The notes under the pieces are model-generated. The model had not been told where the DNA came from and ran no database searches. It saw only the letters and a list, made by a program, of their open reading frames with translations. A program made the translations under genes and the position numbers. Of a stretch of DNA of 64,000 nucleotides, positions 12,401 through 24,640 are shown piece by piece. Within the stretch, counting starts at the first letter, position 1. The number at the start of each line of letters is the position of its first letter. Source of the stretch: Dipteris shenzhenensis (lineage: Eukaryota); the NCBI GenBank assembly GCA_047967505.1, contig CM106538.1. One strand, written 5' to 3'.

Positions 12401-15176
12401 ACTAGAAACTTTACAAGTGAGTGAAACCTACTCTAATTAACACCCATGCATGGTTTCATGGCCATCTGACACTTAACCATTCCATGATGGTCCACACATG
12501 TGAACTTCATGCACGTATGCACCATGCATATGCAAAAATTGAAAATTTTGCATGCCCATCAACCCCAGTGTTTCCCGATTAACATGAAATTGTGAAACAA
12601 CATGAAAATTGATCTATTTAACACCCATGAGAAGTTGCATGGGCATGTGACACCAATGATGGTGTTGTAAATTTTATGCACCATGCATGTACACTAATGG
12701 GGAATTTTGTATGCCCACTGATGCATATGTTTTTCAATTGATATGAAACGTTACTATGACATGAAACCTACTGTAATCAACACCCATTAGGAGTTGCATG
12801 GAAATTTGCCAGTCCATGATGGTCCACACGTGAATTTCATGCAACTATGGACCATGCATGTGCACAAATGGGGAATTCACATGCCCATTGACTCAAGAAC
12901 TTTAAAGTTACTCTAATTAACACTTGTTCAAGGCTACATGGCCATTTGACACTTGATCATTCCATGATGGTACACACATGCCAATTTTGTCACTTTGTGC
13001 ACCATGCATGTGCAAGGGAAATCTCGCATACCCCCCCTGTATCAATACAAAAGTTTGGATATCAAACATACTCTAGGTAACACCCACAAAAATTTTCATG
13101 GCCATCTAATACTTGACCATTCCATGATGGTCTACACATGTGATTGCCATGTATCTATGCACCACCCATGTGCACAAATGGGGAATTGTGCATGCCCACT
13201 AGCCTAAATTTTTCTTGATTGACATGAAACTTGGAGAGGACATGAAACTTGATCCACTTAAAACCCACGCATGGTTGCATGACCATCTAAAATTTGACCA
13301 GTTCATGATGGTCCATAGATACGAATTTCATGCACTATGCACCTTGCATGAGCACAAATGGGGAATTTCGCATGCCCACCCACCCATATGTTCTCAAATT
13401 TATATGAAAATTTGTGAGGAAATGAAATATCCTCTAATTAGTACCTTTACAAAGTTGCATGGCCATCAATTTCTTGAGCATTCCTTGATGGCCCACAGAT
13501 ATGGCTTTCTTGCATCTATGCACCATGCATTGTGCACAAATTGAAAATTTTGCATGTCCATCCACCCAGATGTTTCCTTGCCGATGTGAAAATTTGTGAG
13601 CACATGAAAAATAATTTAACACCCATGCAAATTTGCATGGCCATGTGACACTCTAGACATTCCATGATGATTCACAAATGAATTTTCATGCACGTATACA
13701 CTACAGTGCACAAATGGGGAGTTTTGCATGCCCACCGACCTCGATGTTCCTCGATTGATACAAATCTTTGTGTAGGAATGAAATATACTCTAATTAATGC
13801 CATTAAAATTTTACATAGCCATCTAAGGATCGTCCACCATTCCATGATGTACACACGTGTGAATTCCATGCACCCATGTACCATGTAGGTGCACAAATGG
13901 GGAATTTCACATGGCCACTCACACTATGTTTTTTTATTAATATGAAACTTTTCAAAGACATGAAACCTACTCTTATGAACAATTATGCAAAGTTTCATGG
14001 CCATCTAACACTTGACCATTCGATGATGGTCCACATGCAAACTACATACACCTATGCATCATGGATGTGCACAAACGGGAAATTCCACGTGCCCATCTAC
14101 CTAGATATTTCCTGATTCACACAAAACATTGCGAGGAAATGAATATTACTATAATTAACCCCCTTACAAGGTTGCATGTCCATCTCACATTTGATCATTC
14201 CATGATATTCCAAACATTCATATTTCATGCACCTATGCACGATGCATGTGCACAAAATGGGAAATTTTGCATGCCCACCGAACCAAATGTTCCCTTGTCA
14301 ACATGAAAATTTGCAAGGAAATGAATATTACACTCATGCAAAGTTTCATGGACATCTGACACTTGACCATTCCATGATGGTCCATAGATACGATTTTTGT
14401 GCACTTATGCGCACCACACATTGCACAAATGTGGAATTTCACAAGCCCACCCTTCGAGATGTTTCCCGATTGACACAAAACTTTGTGAGGACGTGAAACT
14501 TACTCTAATTAACACCCGTGTAAGGTTTCATGTCCATTTGAAAATTGAACATTCCAGGATGTGAATTTCATGTAGCTACACACCATGCAGGTGCACACAT
14601 GGGGAATTTGGTAGGCGTATCCATCCAGATGTTCAACGAGATCGATATTAAACTTTTTGAGGACATGAAACTTACTTTATTTAACACCCATGAAAATTTT
14701 CATGGCCATGTGATGCTTTGGACTTTTCATGATGCCCCACAAATGTGGTTTTCATGCACCTATGCACCATGCATGTCATCCACTGACCCAGATGTTTATT
14801 GATCAATACAAAACTATGCATGGAAATGAAGCATACTCTAATTAAAACCTATGCAAAGTTGCACGTATATTTGACACTTGACCATTCCACGATGGTCCAC
14901 ACATGCAAATCTAATGCATGTATGTACCATGAATATGTACAAATGGTGCCCACTTCATAGAGATGTTTTCTGATCAACATGAAATTTGAGAGGGCATGAA
15001 ACCTACTTTACTTAACATGCATCCAAAGTTGCATGCCATTTGCCATGGTCCATCTTCCATCTCTCTATGTAGACCATCATATGCAAAATTTCATGCACCT
15101 ATGCACCATGCATGTGCACAAATGGGAAATTTTGCATGCCCATCAACCTAGATGTTTCCTGATTGACATGAACATT

Positions 15177-15232
<56 letters not shown>

Positions 15233-15274
15233 GGGAAAGAGAGAGAGAGAGATGGAGAGAGAGAGAGAAGGGGG

Positions 15275-15348
<74 letters not shown>

Positions 15349-16170
15349 TAGTGGAGAAGGAGATGGAGGAGGGGGGGTGGAGGAGATGGAAGGGGTGGAG
15401 GGAAATGGAGGGGAGGGTGGTGGAGAGGGAGGTGGTGCAGGAAATTACAACACGTGAAGACATTTCTCTTCTATCAAACTAAGAGAGCTCATAGGGTCAT
15501 TACAGTTTCAAACTCATGATAGTCACTCATAAGGTTGAAAACCATAAACTCCATCACGCATAGCAGGGACTAGCTACTATGACATCCCCACTGACGTCAT
15601 CAGCGCACAACAATGGGTGTAGACCATACTCTAATTAACACCCCTGCAAAGTTTTATGGCCATCTCACACTTTACCATTCCATGATGATCTAGACAAATG
15701 GGGAATTTCACATGCCCATCGACCCAGATGTTTCCCGATTGGCACAAAAGTTTAGGAGGATATGAAACCTTTTCTACTTAACACCCTTGCATGCTTGCAT
15801 GGCCATCTCATTCTTGACCATTCCTTGATGATCTAGACATGCAAATTTCATGACCTACACACGATGCTTGTGCACAAATGAAACTTTGTGAGGGCATGAA
15901 ACCTCCTCTAATTAACACTTGTGCAAGGTTGCATGCTCTAATTAACACTTGTGCAAGGTTGCATGGCCATCTGGCACTTGACCATTCCACTTATGTGGAT
16001 TTCATGCACTAATGTGCACAAATAGGAAATTTTGCATGTCCGCCCACCCAAATGTTCACCTATCAAGAAGAAACTTTGCAAGGACATGGAACCTACTCTA
16101 ATTAACACCCATGTAAAGTTGAATGGCCATTTGATACTTGACCATTCCATGATTGTCCACAGATGTGATA
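9480..16170. repeat. ~180-bp tandem satellite (roughly 35 diverged monomers)
   Basis: Motif ggccat...cttgaccattccatgatggtccac...gcaccatgcatgtgcacaaatggg recurs; ggccat at 9491, 9671 and 9850 gives a period of ~180 bp. Interrupted at ~15180-15620. Confidence 0.9.
15180..15440. repeat. (GA)n microsatellite and purine-rich tract inside the satellite
   Basis: Long agagag runs followed by G/A-rich sequence. Confidence 0.9.
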
Positions 16171-17004
16171 TGTTGACAATGTTTATACTCGTTAGGCTTC
16201 TCATACTAGTTTGAAATCAGACTAGAACTATTGGCGCAATAAAGTGCATATAAAGTTTTCCCCCGAATAACAACATAGTTAAAAAAGAATATATATTGTC
16301 ACAAAATTTTAAATATTTTCATTGTCTATATGTAAAGTCTATCATATGTAACTCTATCATGTGAGTCCAACATATGGGTTTTTATTAATTGCACTACTTA
16401 CAAATTTATATATACATAAGGAAGTAAATTAAGGACCAAAGGTTAATATACAAAAGGGTGTTTTATATTTAAAAAGTCTCTAACGTTTCCAACATGCAAC
16501 ATGCCATCATTTGGTATAGTTCTTCATGCATGGGACCTAAAATTTTAAAGGATGAGTCATGGGATCAAATCCCCTCCGATTGTTGTGATGATTTTTAGTC
16601 CTTATTTTGTGTAAAATGGATGATTTTTTTTGTTGAAAATTTCCTTACGTGAATGAAAAATTGTTAACTTCGGGGTCTTTTCTTTAATTCCATGGCTAGT
16701 AACTGCCATTAGTTGCCAATCTTGAAACTTGCACTGAATTGTTCATCTAGTAACTACATGTTCATCATCCTTCATCTTCATCTTTTGTGATCGTCATATT
16801 TTGTTTTGATTTGTCTTCTGATCACCCCACCATCTAGGCAATCCTTTTGATTCCTTGTTGATTGTTTACATTGGGAAACCAAGTCTTCGGAAAATCTTAA
16901 AGGAATGAATGAAAATTCTCAATGGATAGAATTTTCTCTATCACTCAACGGAAGTGAAAGAACTCTCACAAGAAAGATGGTGTCTCAGTGGAAGGTAGAA
17001 CCAT

Positions 17005-17307
17005 GCTCTGATACCATGTAAAAGTGAGGGATCAAGGAGGATCAAAGCACAACAAGAGAGACATAGGGAAGCAAACACTCAATCTATTGCAATGTGTACA
17101 GGAACAATACAAAGATAGGCTTCTTATGTAGAGAGAACCTTTAGAATAGTCAATACATGTGGGATCCTCTCATCCACATTTCTCCATGTGGATATCCTTG
17201 ATCGACATCTCCACATCATCTAGTCCACATCCTAGGGTGGCTACTTTAATACATTCCTATACCATACCTTAGCCTCTGATATGTGCACATGGCACCATAT
17301 CTCAACA
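17005..17307 (-). mobile_element. Copia 5' LTR (17017-17307) plus tRNA-iMet PBS; rest of element lost
   Basis: gctctgatacca (TGGTATCAGAGC on minus) at 17005-17016 abuts a TG...CA segment whose minus-strand start is TGTTGAGATAT. Confidence 0.7.
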
Positions 17308-17724
17308 ATCTTATGGGTTGATGAATATGCTAGATGCAAGGGTGGAACTAGAGGGTCTTTTGGTGGGGGGATGTCTTTGATTGGCCACTACATCAACAGA
17401 GTGTCTCAACACATTTTGGTCTTCCATCGACAATTATCGTCGGATGGAAAGTTGAATATCATGAAGTTTAGGGTCCTTAGTCAGATAGTGAAGATGAGGC
17501 CCATCCGTCTTACTGCAGATCATATTTTTTTGGTTAGGCATAGTATAGCTTTATTTTTGTTCTCGAACACATGATCTGGTCCTCTCCATAGTATCATAGC
17601 TATTGCACGGCTAGCTGGCATTACAGATCCACAGGCTATAGAGAATGAAATTGTGCAACCCTCTCTTCTTCAGCAAGAAAAAAAGGGATCTAAACCAATC
17701 AAGAAGAAGCATAGACTAGAGTAG
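17308..17724 (+). pseudogene. 3' fragment of an unknown gene (possibly Ulp1-like C-terminus), 5' part cut by the LTR
   Basis: One frame of ~138 codons with a single internal TGA, ending ...KPIKKKHRLE*; LTADHIFLVRHSIALFL resembles Ulp1 C-terminal helices only weakly. Confidence 0.35.
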
Positions 17725-18454
17725 CTTGTGCGTTAAAGTGGGTGCTCTTTGTAATATCACTCTATGTCAATAAAGAATACCATTTTCAAATTATTTTCTT
17801 GTTCATTACGGAACATTGTTTCCTTTTTCATGTTAAGTGAAATTAAGTATTGTTTCCTTTTGCATGTTCCATTGAAATTTGATGTTTATTATTTCATTTT
17901 GCAAGTAAGTAAATTGAGATTGCATGTAAGTAAATTAATAGATTGCAAATACAATGAAAATAAATTTGAGATTGCAAATGCAAAGACAATGCAAAAAAAG
18001 ACACTTTATTATATTGAAAAGAGGCTGATACAAGACTGATGCCCAAAGGCAGAATACATGAACTCTAACTATCGCCCAAGGCATATTTTGCAAAATCCCT
18101 AAGTGCCCTTGGGCTTCCTAAGATGGACAATAAACTGCATGTCTTTGGCGGTCATAGTGACCCTTTTCCTATGGATGGCAGTCAACTGGGTGTCATCCAT
18201 GAGGTCTACTAGGTAGGCATCAGTTGCATGCTGCATGGCATGCAAGGTGTCTCTGAAAATATGCCATGGAGCCTCCACAACTCCATGCCTGTAATACTAA
18301 GACATTGGGCTATTGTTGAGGTCCTGCATGACCTCGTGTACCACCCTTGCAAAGCTTGCCATCGGGATGAGCAGATCGATAGATTTTTGAAACTTTATGA
18401 TCTCCTGAAGTGCCATAGTCCCCAGCTTGAATCTGTATTGCCTCACTAGAGCAG

Positions 18455-20352
18455 TGTAATTCCATGTAGAAACAATGAGACACAAATGTAGTTATTTATT
18501 CATAGAGTTGTTACATATATAGGCAACTGCCTCCATGTAGGTAGATCCCAGATCCACAATCATCTCCCTACTTCATTAAGATTAAACTTGATGCTAGATA
18601 TCTGTGTCAAAATGCTCTTCATTGAATTTAGATGTGAAAAGATGGACTCCCCCCTATCCAATCTTAAGTCAAAAAACTTGATAAGCAAGCTATACTTAGA
18701 GCATCTTCCCTGTGCTCTAAACACATACTCAAGATGAGTCCATGCAGCATGAGCAATCTCACATCTGTCGATGTGATGAATAAAGGAATCACTCAAACCA
18801 AGAGCAATTATAGCAAGAGCTTTTTCATCTTTTGGAAGCCATGAAGCTTCTCCTTCTCTAGTTGTAGGTTTAGTTTCTTTACCATTCGCTACCTTCCATA
18901 TTCCCTTTTTCATGAGAATAAACTTCAGTTTTGTTTGCCAAGTGTGGAACCCCTCTCCTTCAAACTTATCTATTTTTAGATTGGAAGCCATTTAAAAAGG
19001 TCTTACCAAATTAATGACAGTGTCTAATCCCTTTACAAAAACTCAATCTTTCTGAACGAAAAAATCACCTTCACCATATAGATGCAAATTAAAAGATAAG
19101 AATTCTGAAAAGCCTAATTGTCTGGCATAATCATAACCAGTTGGCTTCTCCCACAACCTCTTAACTGGAGTCTTCTTCACCTTGTACTTTATCTTTGTAG
19201 TCTTCTTGATTTTGGAAGAGCTTTGAGAACTTGAGGTTGGCATGTTGTCAAGAGATTAGCACCAACTGAACTAACATTCTCTGAACTGAAATGACATACT
19301 TTGAACTGATTTTTGGAAGAATAATCTTTGAATTGAGTGTTTTACTTGTCGAGCATTTAGTGTAGCATAAAAAACTCCACAAAATACACTAGAAATGCTT
19401 GCAGAGTACATGTAAACTTGGAGGATAAAATTCAACCAAATGAGAGCAGCTCTTCGAGGGCTTTTGTTGCGCAATGAAAGATATAGGACCAGAGAAGACC
19501 CAGTACCAAGCTTGGGCAAAATGTCATGTCAGGTCACCATAGCCAAAAGCCCCAATGTCGACTGGTTTTTTCATCAGTACGCCTCAATTATTGGAGCATT
19601 TGCCTTCAAATTTAAGCTTTGGATAGCTCTTGGTGTCGCCCAACTTCCTTTGAGAGGATTTACCAAAATATAACTCCAGTAGGTCGCATTTCAAGAAATT
19701 GCATAGACTGTAAATATTGCTGGCATGGGCTCTAGGAGCACTAACTTCACAATTCCTCCAAGGTGGATGTGCGCCCTAGTGAGGGGAAGCTACAGCAAAA
19801 AGGGCTTGGGAAATGGTGGCCTGTAGGTGGAGAACAAGCTTAAGGAAATTCAGGAAGGAAAAATGGAGAGAAAATCTTCATTTGGGGAAGATGAAGAATC
19901 TAGGAGAATCTTAGTGGAATCCAAGAGGACTCAAGGAGGCTCAAAGAAGAGAACTCAAGGAGTCTCATGGAGGCTGAGTGGCTCTGATACCATGTGTAAT
20001 TCCATGTAGAGACAATGAGACACAAATGTAGTTGTTTATTCATAGAGTGGTTACATATATAGGCAACTGCCTCCATGTAGGTAGATCCCAAATCCACGAT
20101 CATCTCCCTGATTATCTCAATCAATCACCTCCTATGATCACTCACCTGACACACCTAACTAGAACCTTTTAGCACACCTACACTCATGCACTTCTTGCAT
20201 GGGACTCCAATCCCATAGGCACACACACACACACATCAATTTGCCCCTTCATTCCCCCTCACAAATTGATGACCTCATCCCTTAGTAGTAGTACATGGGA
20301 TGCTCCATGGCTTGCCCACTATCATGTGGCAACACATCAATTTGCCCCTTCA
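18455..20352 (-). mobile_element. Gag-only Ty1/copia element: 5' LTR 19995-20352, PBS 19981-19992, truncated 3' LTR 18455-~18569
   Basis: tgtaattccatgtaga...atcatctccct present at both 18455 and 19995; PBS gctctgatacca; near-perfect TSD AGCAG (18450-18454) / AGGAG (20353-20357). Confidence 0.85.
18560..18991 (-). CDS. Copia Gag N-terminal fragment (143 aa, truncated)
   Basis: KFEGEGFHTWQTKLKFILMKKGIW...KDEKALAIIALGLSDSFI...AHAAWTHL is a DUF4219/UBN2-type gag. Confidence 0.8.
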   Translation of the reverse strand: MASNLKIDKFEGEGFHTWQTKLKFILMKKGIWKVANGKETKPTTREGEASWLPKDEKALAIIALGLSDSFIHHIDRCEIAHAAWTHLEYVFRAQGRCSKYSLLIKFFDLRLDRGESIFSHLNSMKSILTQISSIKFNLNEVGR

Positions 20353-20900
20353 AGGAGGGCCTCTTTACCCTTGATGTGAAGGGCCTCTTCCTAGATGTGG
20401 AGGGCCTCTTTTCCCTAGACCTGGAGCTAGGCGTCCTCTCCCCCATGGACGTGGATGCTAATTCTCTGCTCTTGACTTAGTCCTCTATTTTGTCCTTTGT
20501 TGTTGCTCTTCTTTGTGTTCCTCCTCTATTCTCTCTGAGTCATCATCGGCCTTTGCATCATGATCCTCTTGTGTGCCTTCCTTTGTCCATGTGTCTATGG
20601 GCCTACCCGTTGCTCCCTCTTTGGCCTCTGGAATGGCAATTTCTTCCTTTGACGGGGATCATCGGGGGGAGAGGGGAGGGGGGCTATCAATCTCTATCTC
20701 TGAATTTGAAGATGGGTCTTGTTGTGCCAGTCTCCTTGGTGCCTTGATCTTGGGCCTCTACTTGGCCATGGGGGATGGAGAGAGTGTGCAAGAGAAAGGG
20801 TGAGGGTGCAAGAGAAAGGGTGGAAACGTTAGGGGCAAGTGGGAGGTGGTGTGGGAGTGGAGAGCTCTTCAAACAATGAAATGAAAATGAGGGTCCATTC

Positions 20901-20924
20901 TTTTATATAGGGCCCAAAACCCTA
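20901..20924 (-). promoter_or_regulatory. Core promoter of the H3-like gene: TATA box, site II (TGGGCCC) and telo-box (AAACCCTA)
   Basis: CTATATAAAA on minus at 20910-20901, ~130 nt upstream of the ATG, with a pyrimidine-rich leader; gggccca at 20910-20916 and aaacccta at 20917-20924. Confidence 0.55.
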
Positions 20925-21217
20925 ATTTTTAAAAATACTTGTTTTTAATAAAAACGCTACAAAAAGAAAAATTGGTGCAACCTTGAGATAAATACTTATA
21001 AACATCCAATAACTCAAAATCTCTCATTTGTACTGCAACTCATGGCCATTATACATTGGCTTTACTGCAAATCACATAACTAAAACTACAAAGAAATTCT
21101 TAAACTTATGCATGGGCATCCACATTGGAAGAATCTACACCATCATTTTCATATGTCTCCACCCATGTGCGCCCTTGTCTATGATGGGTTGCATGCCACC
21201 TTGCATGATTCTGTCTT

Positions 21218-23500
21218 TCATTTAATGAGGTCTATTCTTCTTTGATGTTCCGCATTGACATCTTGCACTGAATGGGACACTAAGGACTCTTTGAATGCTA
21301 GTGTTGCACCTACTCTTATTTCGATACGCTTGTACCACCATTGAACCAATTGAACCATTGGGCTTGAGTTAGTTCTATTGCCCCTGTGTTGGGTTGCTCT
21401 ATTATATGCACAACGTGCTTGCCAATGCGATCTTTCCATGCCCTGAGTGCATGCTCTGAGTGGACCATAGTCCGTCGCTTCCATAATTCCATGCCATGTA
21501 TGGTGCATGAGCATATAAAATGTGCTGCCAAATAGAAAAATAAAATTTTTAATATATGACCATTCAATATGCACATCTCAACGTCCAAGTTAGAGATTAC
21601 CATGTATTGTGTGAAATGATTCTTTCCCCAAGCTATCTCCATATTCTAAAGTCATTCACAGCATTGATGAAACACTGTGCATCATCATCTTTGAATCTTT
21701 TCTTTTGTAGTAGTAAAGGTACCAAGCTATCAAAAGCTAGCCACACTCGAGCCTTTTCCAATATTTTTTGTCCCTTCCCCCCTCGTTCACAACATGCATT
21801 GTGTAACTTTCTCCATACATCAAACTCATTAGCACATTTGAGCTTGTGATTCTTCTTCTTTGCAAAAATAAAATTTAAATCCTTGACACCACCAAAGCTT
21901 AGCTTACAAGGAGAATTGCCTATTTTTCTCATCTTTTGTAATCTTTACTTGCCTAGAGTGTAGTCCCATATCTGAAATAACCTTTCCAATTCTTGCAATC
22001 ATCCTCTCACTCTCTTGTTGGGGCTTCAAGCTATATGCATCAATGATGTACAGATGCACCAACTTTTCAATTATTCTCACAAGTGTACAAATGTGTACTC
22101 GCTAAAGAGGAATTTCAAGAATTGGGCTCCATGATGGATCTTTCCCTAGAGCATCCCTATTTAGTGCCTTAGTTTGATCTATCTTTGCAAGTTCAGAGGC
22201 CCATTGCTTTTGATTCTTTTTACCACCCTTTACAGGTACTCTTGTTTGCATGCACAGTGGACAAGGATTGCTTGTATTTGCTCCATGTGCCACATTGAAC
22301 ATACATTTAATAGTCTTAAGGTCAGTAGTAGCGAGATGTCATTCTCCATGGTAGGATCCATAGCCATCAACTTCAAGTAGCTCAACATTTTTATGACCTT
22401 TGATCACATTAAACATACAGTGGACAAGGATGGCTTGTATTTGCTCCATGTGCCACATTAAACATACATTCAGTAGTCTTGAGGTCAGTAGCTAGATGCC
22501 ATTCTACACGGTAGCATCCATAGCCATCAACTTCAAGTAACTCACCATTGTGATGGCCTTTTATTACACTTGGGATATCGGTTTGGTTAAAAAACCACTT
22601 CAAAATTAAATGCGACTCTTTCAACACCTGCAAAAAAAACTCACATGTTATTTCAAAATATTCTGATTCGTTTTACAGTACTGCATTAAAATTCAAATTT
22701 CCATCATACCTCAAAGGTAGCCAACCACCAAATCTCATGTTCTGATTGCACACTGAACTGTCTTGCATCATCAAGCTCAACCTCAAGGTCCAATATTCTA
22801 TTCATCATTGTTAAACTAAGACTCAAATGTTATCTCTAATTTTAGACTCTTGGATTTTGGATGTTGTATAATAGAACTCCAACATGGATAGACATCAATT
22901 CTAAAACACTCCTACAAGCTCTAACTCGATGCTTCCAGTGACCACTTTTCTTGGATATTTCATCCATTAGATGCAATTTCCTCTTACATAGTCTTAGACC
23001 CATTGGAGTATCCTTCATGAATGATAATGTTTTTCTAACTTTTTTATCTCATCCTTCAGAGCTGTGTTTTGCATCTATAAGTGAATTTCATTCATAGTGC
23101 TCTCTCCCAATTGAGCATCTTATGTTTGAACCTTTACCTGCAATTCCTAATTTTTCTTCTCTATGCCATCATATGTAGACATTTGAACACTTGTAGCTTG
23201 CCTAGATGATACCAAATGTTGATTCCAAGCCTCCAACATTGCAATCCTTATGTCTCTTTCATTAAGCAAAGATTGATATTGGCTGCTATGAAGGCTACTT
23301 GCTCCATGACTAATCAACGTTTGACAATATTCTAAAAAACCATTCTCACCCTTACATAGGAACTTTATGAAGCTGGTCAATCCATGGAATTGAGGAATCT
23401 GACAAGTTTGTGGATCTACTAGATATATTTTCCCTTACAACCACAAATCCATATGTGTTTCTCCTTGATTTCGAAGAGCTCTTTTTCACTTTCACTTGCT
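21218..23500 (-). pseudogene. Decayed RAG1/Transib/Chapaev-like DDE transposase with two short GT-AG introns
   Basis: Motifs in order: SVQSEHEIWWLATFE|VLKES, WHLATDLK...GANTSHPCPL(C), PILEIPL*RVHICTL.RIIEKL, WGKNHFTQYM|HILYAHAPYMAWNYGSDGLWSTQ..GMERSH. Phase-0 introns at 22628-22709 and 21525-21600. The 5' limit is approximate. Confidence 0.7.
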
Positions 23501-23789
23501 AAGTTGAATTCATCCCTCTTTAAAAATGGTGCATTCTTTGCATCAATTTAAAAATGGATATACACCTTTTTTTAATTCTGAGGGGCTTGCATGATTTCAT
23601 ACACTTTCCACCTAATATAATATAACATTGACATCAACAAATAATATACAAACATGACATGTTTCAGAAAAGTATCAAATGAAGCAAAAATGAAAACCCC
23701 AATTGCATGCAAGATCTAAATATTGAAATCTACAAATTCAAAAAAAACATTTACTTATCATTAAACACGGTTAAACTGTGTGAATAAAC

Positions 23790-24640
23790 AATACCTCACA
23801 GGGATCTTTGAAGGAAAAACGTGATCAAACTTGTCCTCCTCAATGGTCCTTGTTGTAATCCAGGATGCTGAAGTTGGATGGAATTTTCTTCAAAACTAAT
23901 TATATGCTTCCAAACAACTCCAAATCTATTTCAAACCATCTTTTATAAAAAACCTCAATAGTAAGAATGTATCTTTTAAAATAAACAAATCTTTCTTCCT
24001 CTTCAAATCATGTATTAAAAGAAAACAACAGAATTACCAAAACAAACTACAAATTAAAAGAAAACAACACAATTACCAAAACAAACTACAAATTAACTGC
24101 TTCTTCAAAGTTGCATCATAAAATATCGTTATTTTCATTATCTTGCATTGTTCTAAAGTTTTTATCACTTGAATCTCCATGCAAGTTGCTCTGATAGACC
24201 CTGATTTGAGTTGAAAACTAAAAATATTCTAAAACTACATGAATGAACAATACATGATTCTTGGATCAAGGTCCTTTGAAAGAAAAATGTGATCAAACTT
24301 GTCCCTCCCAGTGGTCCCAAATGTGTTCCAAGAATCATGAAGTTGATGGGTTTTGCTTCAAAACAAATTATATGCTCCCAAACATCTCAAAATCTTTTTC
24401 AAGCAATATTCTGTAGAAAATTATTGATAGTAAGAGTGGAAAAGACCCATTTCTCATGAAATTTCTTATAAAACAAACAAATATTTCAATGTTTTTAAAC
24501 CATGTAATAAAACAAAACAACACAACTACACAAAATGAACTAGGAACTAACTTTTTCTTCAAATCTCATCATAATCACTTTGTTGCATCGTTCCAAAGAT
24601 TAACTCACCTGAACCTCCATACAAGCTGTCTGGATGGACC
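23790..24640. repeat. Diverged ~440-470-bp tandem duplication upstream of the transposase
   Basis: tgatcaaacttgtcc...cttcaaaac.aattatatgct.ccaaaca occurs at ~23822 and ~24290, with further matching blocks at ~24145 and ~24585. Confidence 0.6.

Larger units (their letters stand above)
18099..20769 (-). pseudogene. Divergent histone H3 / CENH3-like gene split by a copia insertion (tail 20769-20353, fold 18449-18099)
   Basis: Fold: VRQYRFKLGTMALQEIIKFQKSIDLLIPMASFARVVHEVMQD-[18 aa]-WHIFRDTLHAMQHATDAYLVDLMDDTQLTAIHRKRVTMTAKDMQFIVHLRK aligns to the H3 alphaN and alpha1-alpha3 helices. Removing the LTR element and one TSD copy joins it in frame to ATG 20769. Confidence 0.85.

Noticed and set aside
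15033-15482. (RE)n ORFs
   Set aside because: Produced by the GA microsatellite.
9480-16170. CRISPR-like array
   Set aside because: Eukaryotic context, and whole monomers repeat with no unique spacers.
9485-16214. Many 60-150-aa M/H/C-rich ORFs
   Set aside because: They are translations of the CATG/TGCA-rich satellite, not genes.
18099-20769. Calling the H3-like gene the functional CENH3
   Set aside because: It has six stops, an LTR insertion, no introns and mixed diagnostic residues; orthology cannot be shown without a phylogeny.
21670-22260. CACTGTG / CACAGTG heptamers as RSS-like ends
   Set aside because: Both lie inside the transposase coding region with no nonamer or TSD, so they are likely chance.
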